Of a stretch of 64,000 nucleotides of DNA, positions 1 through 11,300 are shown one piece after another (positions within the stretch are counted from its first letter, which is position 1; each line of letters starts with the position of its first letter). Under the pieces are notes generated by a model, which ran no database searches, was not told the origin of the DNA, and saw only the letters and a list, made by a program, of their open reading frames with translations. The DNA lies in the NCBI GenBank assembly GCA_007131245.1, contig SLQX01000029.1, positions 32,483 to 96,482 on the forward strand. The letters are read 5' to 3'. This DNA comes from Bacteroidales bacterium. GTDB taxonomy: Bacteria; Bacteroidota; Bacteroidia; Bacteroidales; UBA7960. Made by a program: the position numbers and the translations under genes.

Positions 1-111
1 AAAGCTGCAGATAGTCTCCTCCTCCCTGATCAGTGCTTTATGGCATGAATAGCACAGGCGTGGATAAAACAATGACCAAAAATCATGTACATAGGAAGCA
101 ACCTTTTGCAT
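1..111 (-). CDS. Partial CDS (N-terminus only, runs off the window start); possible ComF-family phosphoribosyltransferase-like protein
   Basis: The reverse strand from nt 111 reads ATG CAA AAG GTT... = MQKVASYVHDFWSLFYPRLCYSCHKALIREEETICSF, with no stop before nt 1. The FYPxxCxxC...IC pattern resembles ComF/ComFC N-termini. It is too short for the ORF track. Confidence 0.35.
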   Translation of the reverse strand, partial: MQKVASYVHDFWSLFYPRLCYSCHKALIREEETICSF

Positions 112-479
112 GATAATTCTTAATTATTCGAAATTAAACGATAATGCTTAAAAATAGTATAAATTTGCAAAAAATTCAATCACAGGCTTATGTCTTTTGC
201 AAAACAAACAACGTTCTTTTAACAGACAACAACAAAGAATAACGATTGGCTGGAACTTGACCAAGGTTTTTTGGAGAGTGTTTGCTGGACTTAAACACCT
301 GCAAAACCTAGGGAAAACAGCTCTTTGCAACGCAAAGCGATGCTTTTATCCCAGCCCTGTTGCAAAAAAAATCTTACTATTAGTATCTCAGGTGGAAACC
401 ATTACAGGTTTTTTGCGTAGGAGAACATAGTAAGAAACATTTAACCAAAATTACTAACCCTAAATTTTTTCATTACCCA

Positions 480-1436
480 ATGGACGGCAACAACAATAAC
501 AGAACGAATCCATCACCCCAGGACCGTAAAAGTATCACAGAGGTGAAAAACCGCAATGATAAAGTATACAAGGGAACTATTCTTACCCTGGTTATTGTCA
601 TTGGTGTGTTAACGTTTATGCTCATTACAAGTCGTCAGGCGTTAGATGATGTTTCTACTAAAAAAACAGTTTTGGATGAAGTAAACCTGGAACTGGAAGA
701 GGAGTTGAATAGTGTTTTGGCCGAATATAACACATTCAAAAATGAATATGACAGTGTGCTTACACAGCGTGATAGCGTTATCCGTGCGAATGCCCAGGAA
801 ATAGAAACCCTGATTGCACAGCAAACGGATTATCGTCGCGTTCGCAGACAGCTTAACAGGCTTCGCGAAATCACACAGGAGTATGTACATGAAATGGACA
901 GCCTTTACACCGTAAACGAAGTATTGAAAGCAGAAAATGTTGAAATGCAGGAAGAAATTCAACGCTTTACCCGCCAAACCACAGAGCTTACAGAGACCAA
1001 AACCGAATTGGAGGGCAGGGTAGAAGAGGCTGCTGCTTTGAGGGCTTACCAGGTTGATGCCACACCCATTCGTTTGAGAGGCCGCAGAGAAAGGCAGGAT
1101 GAAACAGACAGAGCCAGACGTACAGACCTGATACAAGTTTGCTTTATTGTGGGTGAGAACCCGGTGGCAGAGCCTGGCCTTAAGAATGCATACGTTAGAA
1201 TTGCTGACCCCGATGGTGAAATTCTTCGGATAAGCGATGACGATATGTATTCCTTCGTCATTGGCCAGGATACTTTGCAGTATTCCATGAAAGGTGAGTT
1301 TAATTACATCAACCAGGACAAAGATATCTGTCTGTATTGGCAGCAGTATGATTATGACTATGAAGAAGGCTTGTACCTGGTGTCTGTTTTCACGGATGAA
1401 TTCAGGCTGGGAGAAACCCAGTTTTCATTACGATAA
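480..1436 (+). CDS. Membrane-anchored coiled-coil protein with a conserved C-terminal beta-rich domain (function unknown); paralogue of the next gene
   Basis: 318-aa ORF with an ATG start. It has one predicted TM helix (ILTLVIVIGVLTFMLI) and a long E/Q/L/R-rich heptad-like region. The C-terminal block ATPIRLRGRRERQDETDRARRTDLIQVCFIVGENPVAEPG... is shared with ORF 1500..2441. Confidence 0.75.
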   Translation: MDGNNNNRTNPSPQDRKSITEVKNRNDKVYKGTILTLVIVIGVLTFMLITSRQALDDVSTKKTVLDEVNLELEEELNSVLAEYNTFKNEYDSVLTQRDSVIRANAQEIETLIAQQTDYRRVRRQLNRLREITQEYVHEMDSLYTVNEVLKAENVEMQEEIQRFTRQTTELTETKTELEGRVEEAAALRAYQVDATPIRLRGRRERQDETDRARRTDLIQVCFIVGENPVAEPGLKNAYVRIADPDGEILRISDDDMYSFVIGQDTLQYSMKGEFNYINQDKDICLYWQQYDYDYEEGLYLVSVFTDEFRLGETQFSLR

Positions 1437-1499
1437 ACAGTTTCTGAAATGTCATGGATATCAGATAGTTCTGATGCTAATCACTTAAAATCCTAAACT

Positions 1500-2441
1500 A
1501 TGGAAAATAAGAATAAAAAGGATGCGGAAAAAATGAACCGACCCCCTGCTTCAGGAAACAGTGGTTTGGGTGTAATCATATTTTTGGCTGTTCTGGCGGT
1601 GCTATTGGCCGTTGGCGGTGCTTACCTTCTCAGGCAGGTACTTGATGCCCGTTATGAAGCGCAGGTTTCCGCACTTGAGATTAAAGAAGTATCAGACGAA
1701 AGAGATTTATTGGAGCAACAGCTGAATGAGCTTGATTCCAAGTATGAAGAGCTTTCCTCTGAATATGCTGAAATGGAAACTAAGTTTTTGGCAGAAAGAA
1801 GAAGAGTTAATCAACTAAGGGCACAGGTAAGGGGAGGAGATCCCGGAACGGTTGCCCAGTACAAAGAGCAGATAGAGGAGCTGGAAGCCCGTTTGGAAAA
1901 ATATCAGGAAGAGATTGAGATTCTGGAAAGTGAAAAACAAACCCTGGAGGGCGAGAATGCCCAAATTCGCTCCACTCTGGAAACTACAACCTCTCGCAAC
2001 CAGGAGCTGGAAAGAGAATTCAATCAGATGGAAGAGCAAATAGAAAAAGCCACCCTGCTCTCTATTTCCGGTCTGGAGGCAACTCCAATCAGGGAGAGAA
2101 GAAGGGGTGACGAACCCACCGACAGGGCTCGCCGTACCGACAAAATCAATGTTTGCTTTACAGTGAATGAAAACCTGGTGGCAGAACCCGGTAATCGTGA
2201 ATTCTTTGTCAGGATGATTGACCCCAACAACCAGGTTCTGACTATTTCGCCGGATGATACCATCGAATTTGAAGGAGAAACCATCCAGTATACTTTAAAA
2301 AGAACCATCAACTACCGCAACGAACCCGTGGAAACGTGTGTTGTTTGGGACCAGGATGAACGATTTGAGAAGGGATACTACAACGTAGTTGTTTTCCACG
2401 ATGGTCGTGAAGTGGGTTATAAACTGTTTCAGCTCGATTAA
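1500..2441 (+). CDS. Membrane-anchored coiled-coil protein, tandem paralogue of 480..1436 (function unknown)
   Basis: 313-aa ORF with a TM helix (GVIIFLAVLAVLLAVGGAYLL) and a coiled-coil region. The C-terminal block is ATPIRERRRGDEPTDRARRTDKINVCFTVNENLVAEPG...VRMIDPNNQVL. A strong terminator follows. Confidence 0.75.
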   Translation: MENKNKKDAEKMNRPPASGNSGLGVIIFLAVLAVLLAVGGAYLLRQVLDARYEAQVSALEIKEVSDERDLLEQQLNELDSKYEELSSEYAEMETKFLAERRRVNQLRAQVRGGDPGTVAQYKEQIEELEARLEKYQEEIEILESEKQTLEGENAQIRSTLETTTSRNQELEREFNQMEEQIEKATLLSISGLEATPIRERRRGDEPTDRARRTDKINVCFTVNENLVAEPGNREFFVRMIDPNNQVLTISPDDTIEFEGETIQYTLKRTINYRNEPVETCVVWDQDERFEKGYYNVVVFHDGREVGYKLFQLD

Positions 2442-2473
2442 CAACCACTCTGAAAACAACATTAATCGAAGTA

Positions 2474-2506
2474 ACCGGGAGCAATTAAACTTGCTTCCGG
2501 TTTTTT
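2474..2506 (+). terminator. Rho-independent terminator after the coiled-coil gene pair
   Basis: CCGGGAGCAA (2475-2484) pairs with TTGCTTCCGG (2491-2500) as a 10-bp stem with one G-U pair. The loop is 6 nt (TTAAAC) and is followed by T6 (2501-2506). Confidence 0.8.
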
Positions 2507-2796
2507 ATGGTTCAAAATTATTACTTTTGTGCTTTTGTTTAATGAAGGATGGCAAAATGAGCCTTGCTATTCTTTCTTATATTTCGTTTGCCGGGTTGCC
2601 GGGCTGCTTACCAAAATAATACATTCAATGTTTTTGGGCCTGGTAAGAATGAAGTTTTCTTAGGTGATCCCCGGGAAACTTATCTCTTATTGAAAATTCG
2701 GCCGCCTTTAAGGTGGGTTAAGGATAATCACAAAGAAAGGTTTCATTGCCAGCAATAAATCAGGCATGTAACATACGTAATAAAATAATCGAACAC

Positions 2797-5262
2797 ATGA
2801 AAGTATCTTTAAACTGGTTGAAGGAATATGTATCAGTGGATGAAACCCCCGGGAAAATTTCTCAATGGCTTACCGATTGTGGCCTGGAGGTAGAAGGGCT
2901 GGAAAAAACAGAGTCTGTCAGGGGTGGATTAAAAGGAGTGGTAATCGGAGAAGTCCTAACCTGCGAAAAACATCCCGATGCCGACAAACTGAGTTTAACC
3001 ACGGTTGATATAGGAAGCGAAACAGTTCCGATTGTTTGTGGAGCACCTAATGTGGCAAAGGGTCAAAAGGTAGTGGTAGCTACTGAAGGTGCTACCCTCT
3101 ACAGCCCTGATGGAGATGGGTTTAAAATTAAAAAGGTAAAAATAAGGGGACAGCATTCAACTGGTATGATTTGTGCCGAGGATGAACTGGGGCTGGGCGA
3201 CAACCACGATGGAATTATGGTGCTTGATACTTCTGCAAAAAATGGCACCCCGGCCGCTGATTTCTTCAAAGTAGAGGAGGATTACTGCATAGAAATAGGA
3301 CTTACACCCAACCGCATTGATGCCGCATCACACCTGGGGGTAGCCCGGGACCTGGTAGCTGTTATCAAACATCTTCAACCGCAAAAATCAATTGAGGTAC
3401 AAAAGCCTGATATAAGTAACTTTAAGGCTGACAGCAAAGAGGCTGTCATTCGTATTATTGTTGAAGATGCAGAGGCATGTCCGCGATATAGTGGCCTTTG
3501 TATTTCTGATGTTTCCATTACAGAATCCCCTTCCTGGTTGAAAAATCGCCTAAAAACCATTGGGTTGAAACCTGTTAACAACCTGGTTGACATCACAAAC
3601 TTTGTTTTACACGAAACCGGGCAACCCCTTCACGCATTTGATGCTGATAAAATCACCGGGCATAAAGTAGTTATAAAAAAACCCGTCAAAGGTACCCGCT
3701 TTGTAACCCTTGATGAGGAGGAGGTTGAGCTTACCGGCAACGATTTGATGATTTGCAACGAAGAAACACCCATGTGTATCGCTGGTGTGTTGGGAGGTAT
3801 TGACTCCGGTGTTACCGATGAAACCAGGAATGTTTTTCTGGAAAGTGCTTACTTTGATGCCACAACCATCAGGAAAACGTCAAAGCATCATGCCATCAAT
3901 ACGGATGCTTCTTTTCGCTTTGAAAGGGGCGCTGATCCCGAGATGACTATTTATGCGCTGAAGCGGGCAGCTCTTTTGATCAAAGAAATAGCTGGTGGCC
4001 GGATAACCTCCGAAGTGATGGATGCTTATCCACAACCTGTAAAACCCAACCAAATCGACTTTAAATATGAATCGGCTGATAGGCTCATTGGCAAAGTCAT
4101 TGAGCGGTCTGTGATAAAAAGGATTCTGGAGTCGCTGGAGATAAAAGTGTTAAAGGAGTCTGACGAGGGGCTTTTGCTGGTAGTTCCTCCCTACCGGGTT
4201 GATGTGACACGCCAGGCTGATATAGTAGAAGAGATCTTGCGTATCTATGGATACAACCAGGTGGAGCTGCCCGACAGGTTGCACTCCTCCATTGTGGAAA
4301 GCCCTAAACCCGACAAAGAACGTATCCAGAACCTGGCTTCTGACTTGCTCAGTGCCCGCGGGTTTGCAGAAACAATGAATAACTCGCTTACCAAAGCCTC
4401 CTATTTTGATCGGAAAATGTTTGATGCCGGTTCGTTGGTACATATCCTTAACCCGCTGAGCCAGGATTTGAATGTTATGCGACAGACACTTTTCTTTGGG
4501 GGTTTGGAAACCATTGCCTGGAACCAAAATCGGAAAATCCATGACCTCAAAATATATGAGTTTGGCAATGTTTATTTCAAAGAGGCGACCAAAGAAGAGG
4601 GTGGAAAGGACAAGCTGCCTGGCTATAGGGAGCAGCAAATGCTCGCCGTTTTCATGACGGGTAACCTCAGGCCTGAAAGCTGGTATGCACCCCTGCAGGG
4701 TACAACCCTTTTCGATTTGAAATCCGAAATAGTTCACCTGCTCAAACGATTAAACATACAACTGGCTGACTGCCAGGTTAAGGAGCTGAGCGATGATGGT
4801 TTCCTCTCCGCCGGTTTGAGATACAGCCTGGACAATACCATGCTATTTGAACTTGGGGAAGTTCATCCCGACTTTATGAAAGAATTTGATTTAAAGCAGG
4901 AGGTGTTTTTTGCGTCTGTTAACTGGGAGCTGGTCATCCAGCTTACCAATCAAAAACCCATCGCTTATATCGAAATTGTCAGGTTTCCCGAAGTCAGAAG
5001 AGACCTGGCTTTGCTGGTGGAAAAAAATGTGCGCTTCAGCCAGATAGAGAGCCTGGCGTTTGATGTGGAAAGGAAGTTGTTGAAGAGTGTTCGTTTGTTT
5101 GATGTATACCAGGATAGAAAAATCGGTGACGACAAAAAATCCTATGCAGTCAGTTTTATGCTACAAAGCAATAAAAAAACACTCACTGACAAGGAGATTG
5201 ACAAAGTGATGGATAAAATAAGCCGCACACTCCAAAAGGAGCTGAAGGCAGTCATCCGCTAG
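2797..5262 (+). CDS. pheT: Phenylalanine--tRNA ligase beta subunit
   Basis: The translation from the ATG at 2797 begins MKVSLNWLKEYV, a typical PheT N-terminus. It continues through a tRNA-binding/B3-4/B5-like sequence to the C-terminal anticodon-binding region. The track start at 2746 is a TTG extension. Confidence 0.95.
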   Translation: MKVSLNWLKEYVSVDETPGKISQWLTDCGLEVEGLEKTESVRGGLKGVVIGEVLTCEKHPDADKLSLTTVDIGSETVPIVCGAPNVAKGQKVVVATEGATLYSPDGDGFKIKKVKIRGQHSTGMICAEDELGLGDNHDGIMVLDTSAKNGTPAADFFKVEEDYCIEIGLTPNRIDAASHLGVARDLVAVIKHLQPQKSIEVQKPDISNFKADSKEAVIRIIVEDAEACPRYSGLCISDVSITESPSWLKNRLKTIGLKPVNNLVDITNFVLHETGQPLHAFDADKITGHKVVIKKPVKGTRFVTLDEEEVELTGNDLMICNEETPMCIAGVLGGIDSGVTDETRNVFLESAYFDATTIRKTSKHHAINTDASFRFERGADPEMTIYALKRAALLIKEIAGGRITSEVMDAYPQPVKPNQIDFKYESADRLIGKVIERSVIKRILESLEIKVLKESDEGLLLVVPPYRVDVTRQADIVEEILRIYGYNQVELPDRLHSSIVESPKPDKERIQNLASDLLSARGFAETMNNSLTKASYFDRKMFDAGSLVHILNPLSQDLNVMRQTLFFGGLETIAWNQNRKIHDLKIYEFGNVYFKEATKEEGGKDKLPGYREQQMLAVFMTGNLRPESWYAPLQGTTLFDLKSEIVHLLKRLNIQLADCQVKELSDDGFLSAGLRYSLDNTMLFELGEVHPDFMKEFDLKQEVFFASVNWELVIQLTNQKPIAYIEIVRFPEVRRDLALLVEKNVRFSQIESLAFDVERKLLKSVRLFDVYQDRKIGDDKKSYAVSFMLQSNKKTLTDKEIDKVMDKISRTLQKELKAVIR

Positions 5263-5317
5263 CCGAGGTTGATTCATCAAAAGCAACTTGCTTTGCTCAA
5301 CAGCGACGAAAACAAAA

Positions 5318-5350
5318 ATGAGCGGGCCTTTAAATGGGCGCCCCGCTCAT
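5318..5350 (-). terminator. Hairpin terminator between the convergent pheT and giant gene (U-tract on the minus strand)
   Basis: ATGAGCGGG (5318-5326) pairs perfectly with CCCGCTCAT (5342-5350). On the minus strand the stem is followed by TTTTTGTTTT. It starts 2 nt after the giant gene stop codon. Confidence 0.7.
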
Positions 5351-5351
5351 C

Positions 5352-8300
5352 TTACTTTATCACCAATCTGGCCGTAAAAATACCCGACTGTCCCGAAACG
5401 GTTATCAAGTAAACCCCGGGTTTAAGCTTGCCTCCGGTATTCATGGTCGATTGAATGGTTCCTGCTTCATCTGCTGTTTTAAGACTACCGTAAAATGTTC
5501 GGCCATACAGGTCGGTGATTCTTAATGTTGTATTTTCCTGTGGTTTTAACCCTGAGAGCAGGATGTTAAAATGGTTGCCGGGGTTGGGGTTAGGGTAAAG
5601 GGTAAAACGAACTTCTGTGCGCTTTTGGAAAGAGATTCCTACCAAGTCGCTGTAAGTGGTGCTCCCGTCAAAGTCGGTTTGCTTCAACCGATAATAGGAA
5701 ACTCCTTCCAATGGCTTGTTATCCCGTGATGTGTAATGAAGGGTTTCATGGCTGTGACCGCTTATGGTCTGGCTGGGCAAATCAATGACCTTTTCAAATA
5801 GGGTTCCGTTTCTGCTACGCTCTATGGTGAAAAAGTCGTTATTGGTTTCGCTTGCTGTTGCCCACTCCAGTTTTATGTCGTTTTCTTCGGCAGTTGCATG
5901 GAAAAACAGAAGCTTCACAGGCAAAGGCATCTGGGGGCTTTTGGAGCCAAAAGTAAAGAGCTTTTCCGGGTTTTTGGATGTAAGATTGACACTGGAAGTA
6001 CTGGCAACTGTTTTATTTTGTGTGTCTACTTTGTACTGGTAGGGTTCAGTACCCACAGGCCTCCAGATGTCTTCCAGGTGCGCAATGGCAATGTTCTCTT
6101 CAAAACCTGCCGCTTCATCATCAATGTTTGTATTGTTACCGTAAGTTAGCATGATGCGGGTCTGTTGAGCACCCGGGGGAACATGTAATGTCCAGTATTC
6201 CCACTCACTGAGGCTGTAAAGGGGTGGGTACTGAAATTCGTCTCCAAATTCAGCTGTGGGATCAGCATTGAAATACTCCACGGTGTACTCTTTATAACCC
6301 TGGCTGTGTTGGGGATTTATGAGGTAAAAGTATCTGGTAATTTTATTTTTTCCCACAGGAAAAAGGGATGACGATTCATTATGAATCACAATGCGACTCA
6401 TAGGCCCATCCACATAACTTTGGTCATCTAAATTCATAAAGGTACTGTTGGCAGCTAACTTCAGTCTGGCATCCATGGAGGTAATAAGGCGTGTTCCGTT
6501 TAAAAGACCTATTGTGCTTCCTATCTTTTTATGCCCATCCAAAAAGTTGATTTGCCCGCTGTGATTGTTGAAAACAACATTGTTCATTATACTTGCGTCT
6601 GTAAAGTTCCCTGTTAGTGTTTGGGGCGTAGTACCCGAAAAAAGTAATGCTTTGCCGGTGTAGAAGGTGGCGTCCTGCGCTTTTCCCAGATCACCGTGAA
6701 TATACAATTCATCATAGTTGCGAAGCAAGGCAGTTCCTTCGATGGTAAGGTTTCCTTTAATCGTTACAGATTCATCCGGGAGCTTCTTTTCTTCACTGCC
6801 CCTTATAACCAGGTTTTGCAAGGTTGTGTAGCGGTTTGTGATTTGATAATTTTGCGCACCCCCGTATTTAATGGTGCTGCCAGGTGTATTGAAAAAGGTA
6901 TTGAATTTTCCTGCAGGCAAAAGTCCTCTGTCCAGGGTAATGGTCCCATTACCTTCCACCAGGCCCAGGTTGTGTTGTTCGGTTGCTCCAATGTGTAAAG
7001 AGCCCATTATCCGGGTTATGAAAGATCTTCTGCGATTGTTTTCAATGGTTACTTCATGGCTTTCCATGATCTCTACTATGTGTCCAAACGGGCCTGATTC
7101 GGGGACATCAGGCAAGTCCTCAGAGGCCTTTTCCCAGATATCTTTATTTGTCCAGGCCCCACTGTTGTTGGTTCTGTATGTGGGTACATTGTCAGGGATG
7201 TCTTCTTCATAACCTGCTGTGTAATATCCTGATACATCCTGGGTGGTTGGATGAATAAATCTGAATCTGCTTTGGTCCTGTTCAAAGTCTTCCTCTCCCA
7301 GTTTAGTCCAGCTTTCATCAGTAAGTCTGGCTGGAATATACTGTTCAGGATTCCCTGTTTCCAAATCTGCAGGATCAAAGTAGAAGAAAATGTCTCCCTC
7401 AAAGTACACCAGGTTATGGCTTTCAGCAGCCCAATGGTACTGAAGCACTCTGTTTTCGTTATAATCCAATGTGGTGATGTGTTGTTCATTTATTGGAGCA
7501 AAGGATATATGCCCATTGCTGCCCTCATGGGTGTATTCTATATCTACGGGTGTATACTTTCCACCCGAACCAACAGGGAATCTGAAAGTATAATTTTCGG
7601 AACCACCTTCCAGGTGTTTTTGTAGTCCAAAGGCTTCAATACCGCCGGAAGTTGAAACCATTTTTGTTGAAGAAAAAGACTCCCCTTCCAACTGACTTTC
7701 CTGGCCCAGGCTCAGTCGATGATTTTGAATATCCAGCAGCCCTGATTGAATAGCCAGGTTGCCATTCACCTGTATGTCATTGTATAGTCTGACGCCCCCG
7801 GCGTTGTTGATCATAAGCCTGCCGTAGGAACCATTTCCTGATATTTGCTGTAGCGTACCTCCGTTAAGCACCATGCCGCCATGTGTAGCGCTTCCCTGTA
7901 TAGTTGTATTATTGATAACATTCCCTTGCACATAAATGCTTTGGCTTTGGTTATGCAGTGCCCCTGTCTGTAGAGCAAAATCTCCGCTTATATGAATATC
8001 ATCATACAGCGTAAGTTGAATTGACGGGTTGATCACCAGGTGTTCGAAATGGGTTTCTCCGTTCAGCTGCTGGTCCATTCCGGCGAACAGGGTCAGTTTC
8101 GCATTGATGTCCGGGTTGTTTCCCAGGTTATAAAAATCCCCCATGATCGTTAGTTGGAGCTGATTTAAGTCAACTGTTGTGCCGGGCGAAACATACATTT
8201 CATTTTCTACCACAAAAGGGTTGTTAGAGGCTTGCAAAGTAATACCTTCGCCTGCTGTACGAAGATTCGCGAAGGCAACATGGCTGTTGAATTCAATGAG

Positions 8301-11300
8301 CTGACCGGAAGGTGAATATTCATTGTGACCGGCGTGAATAAACGCATTTAGCCCCATGGAGACTGTGCCGGGATTAAGGTACAACGCTTCCCTGTCGTTA
8401 CCCTGCTGGTTGCGGGCTATGTATAAGTTTCCTGAATCCATAATGAACTCACTTCCCGGGTTGAAAACTTCAAAAACGCCCCTGCTGTTCGCAGGTACAT
8501 GGTTCCGGCCAACGATTACTTCTCCCCCCGATTGGTGATACTTCAGAATTCCGGTAGTCTGGCTGCCGGTGATGTCCCCTCTAATTTGTGAGCCCACCCA
8601 TAGCTTTGCATTATCAGCTATTTCCAGCCTGGCATTTCCTGAAGCTGAGTAATGGATGTAGGTGTCGTCATTGCCACTAAAAAAGCGGGCTTCTCCGTTA
8701 TTTTCCAGTCTTAAAAGGCCATTCAGAAAAATTCCTGTGTTGTTTCCCGATGCAAGGATGGTGCCTTTTGAAACAATGAGGGCTGCCGATGGGGGTATGG
8801 GGAAGTCCCCACCCCCGGTGGTCAGGTGAATCTGTATATTTTCATGATCAAGGACGAGCCTTCCGTTTTTCAATACAAGGGCTTTATCATTTCCATCCTT
8901 GCTCCCTCCAAGGGTAAATGGAATTTGCATCCGGGCCATGCTCCCCGGTGCTTTGTCTACTTCTAGTCTGTACAGGCTTATCGGGGTGGTTGTATTACTT
9001 CCGTCGAAAAACGAATGGCTGTCGCCCCTGAGGTGCAGGGATACTCTTCCCTCTCCGGGTTGGGTGAACAGTCTTAGGATCTCTTCTCCTTCGTCAAAGG
9101 CACCTGTGGCATCCTGGATGTAGTTTCCGTAGAGGTTCAAAACATGTTGAGTGCCATTGTCAGCAGGACTATCTACATAGATTCCAACCTGTTCGCCCTC
9201 GGTTACCAGGTTTCCCTCCACTGTTAAAGTACGTGGGGAGCCTGAGTTTTCAAAAAGAAGTTGTGTGCCACTGTTATCTTGTGCCTTCATAAGCCGAAGG
9301 TCCCCCTTAATATGTATATTCCCAACCTCTCCCGGATGCATTCTAAGGTATGCACCTCCCAGGATTTCCAGGTTGTAATTTACCGTTATGTCGGCAGGGA
9401 ATGTTATACTGTGATTGTTGCTACCCCAGCCGTCAGGAATGATGCTGAGGTTAGGAATGACCTCAGGAGTATTTTCTATGGTTACATCCTCCATTATCTC
9501 GTACATAATGAAAGATAGAGGCATTTTTACAAAACCGCCCATATCCATGGAGGTGTAGAGTGGATCGATGCCCCTGTTTCTCAGGGTCCCTTCTCCGGTA
9601 ATGATACTGGTATTAAGTGAAGCATTATCAGTTATGGTAAATGTTGGCCTGTAGAAAAATCCATTTCCCCATGTTGTGGATTCGGTAATTGGCTGGGACT
9701 CCCCTTCCTGGTTGAGCATGGGGTTGAATTGGAGTTCGGCACAATGGGCCTGAAAGTCTTCATCAATACGAATGTTGTGGGGATGACCTGGAAATTGCTG
9801 GTCATCCCAGGTGCTGTATCCAATAATCACGATGTCTCCCTTGCCGGGCAAATCTGTGGCTTCAGGGTTGTCTGAATGGTGCCATAAACCGGGATTGTTC
9901 ATAATGGTTGTTTCGGGATGTTGCTCCTGTAATTGGCTTAAAGTGGTCCATGATGATGTTTCACCCCAAAGACTTTGATCGGTTTCGCTACCTCTCAGTC
10001 TTGAGAAAAACACTTCGATATGGCCATCAAACCTGTTGGGGTGTGCCGCGGTAAATGCGCCTTCCTCCAGGTGTGCAGGAACATCGGTGTCACCGGTGTT
10101 TTGATAAATAAAGTTCAGTGTGAGGTCCTGGTTGGCTGCGTTCCAATCTAATCCACCCAGGTTTTGGTGTCTTATATAATTGACCACTTTTCCTTCAGTG
10201 TAATCGTGAGTGGTCGGATCAGGTAGGTAGGTCCCGGGGATATCAAAAAACCGGAAAGTTTTTTTTACCATTGGCATGTCTTCCGAATCAAACCCCTGGT
10301 GTCTAACTCTCCAGTAATACTGTAAAGCATGTTCTTCTTCCGTTCCTTCCATGAGGGTTGCCAGCTCTTGGTCCACATTGTTGACCTTCACCCAGCCATT
10401 TTGCCCCTTTGTTTCAGAAACATCAATGATAGCAGGTGTATACTTGTGGCCATCACCCGTTTGGGTGTTTACTCCCAGGGGGAAAAGATAAGGGTCGTTT
10501 TGAAAAACCCGCCGGGTCAACCCATTGTCTGAGTGATTTCCTGCTGTGAGCACCATTTTTCCAGGCCCGAAATCAATGGAAGTTTCTTTTTCATTGACCA
10601 GCTTTCCTTCGATGATCAATCCGGCCTTACTTATATCTATAACTCCGCTTCTCAGGTAAAGGTCACCTGTTCGGAAATGATTTCCCCCGGTAAATGTTAG
10701 GTTATCCGCCACAAACATCCTTCCGAACACAGCCTCTTTTTGTTGGGTGAGGGTAACTTCCAGAGTGGGAAAGTCAAAGGCAATATACCCTGTTTCATCT
10801 TCCAGCAGGCCAATGGCGTTGTTGTTAATTAGTTCCACATCAGCGTCTAATTGAATCATAAATCCATTGTAATCAAGCAGCCCGTTTAACAATTTCATAC
10901 CCTGATTGATGGCTAGGATGCTATATTGGTTGTCATGGTTGTGGATATCGGCAGGCTCTCTCCCTTCACTGATAACTTGCAGTGTATCCTGTCCGAGTTT
11001 ATTGATTATCAAGGTGTGGAAGGTTACCTGGCTGCTGATATCTGTGTTGGCAATACGGATTTGGCTATTTGAAACGCCTGAGAAAATGGTTTTGTTGCCT
11101 ATGGATCCATCATTACTGGTGGGATGGTATCCTGCATTGGAACTGTTGCTTTCCCCCAGGGCAAAATCCCCCTGCACCTCCAGGTCGTAAAAAGGACCAT
11201 CGCTGAGGTTTCTTGCGGCATAAAACTGGATGTCATCTCCGATGAGAATGTTATTGCGCACGATAAGGTTGTTGTAAAGGTGAATGGGTTGAATGTTTTC

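Noticed and set aside
268-285. TTGGAGAGTGTTTGCT upstream of the coiled-coil genes, considered as a sigma-54 -24/-12 candidate.
   Set aside because: The GG-to-GC spacing is one base too short, and the flanking consensus bases do not match.
2746-2796. The N-terminal extension of pheT in the ORF track (MPAINQACNIRNKIIEH...).
   Set aside because: Codon 2746 is TTG, whereas the ATG at 2797 yields the canonical MKVSLNWLKEY PheT N-terminus. The extension is probably untranslated.
4150-4737. A 195-aa minus-strand ORF inside pheT. Similar antisense ORFs include 27754..28359 in metG, 44686..45483 in the M16 gene, and 642..1136 in the first coiled-coil gene.
   Set aside because: Each is nested antisense within a confidently identified CDS and has no recognisable domain, signal or independent start/terminator context.
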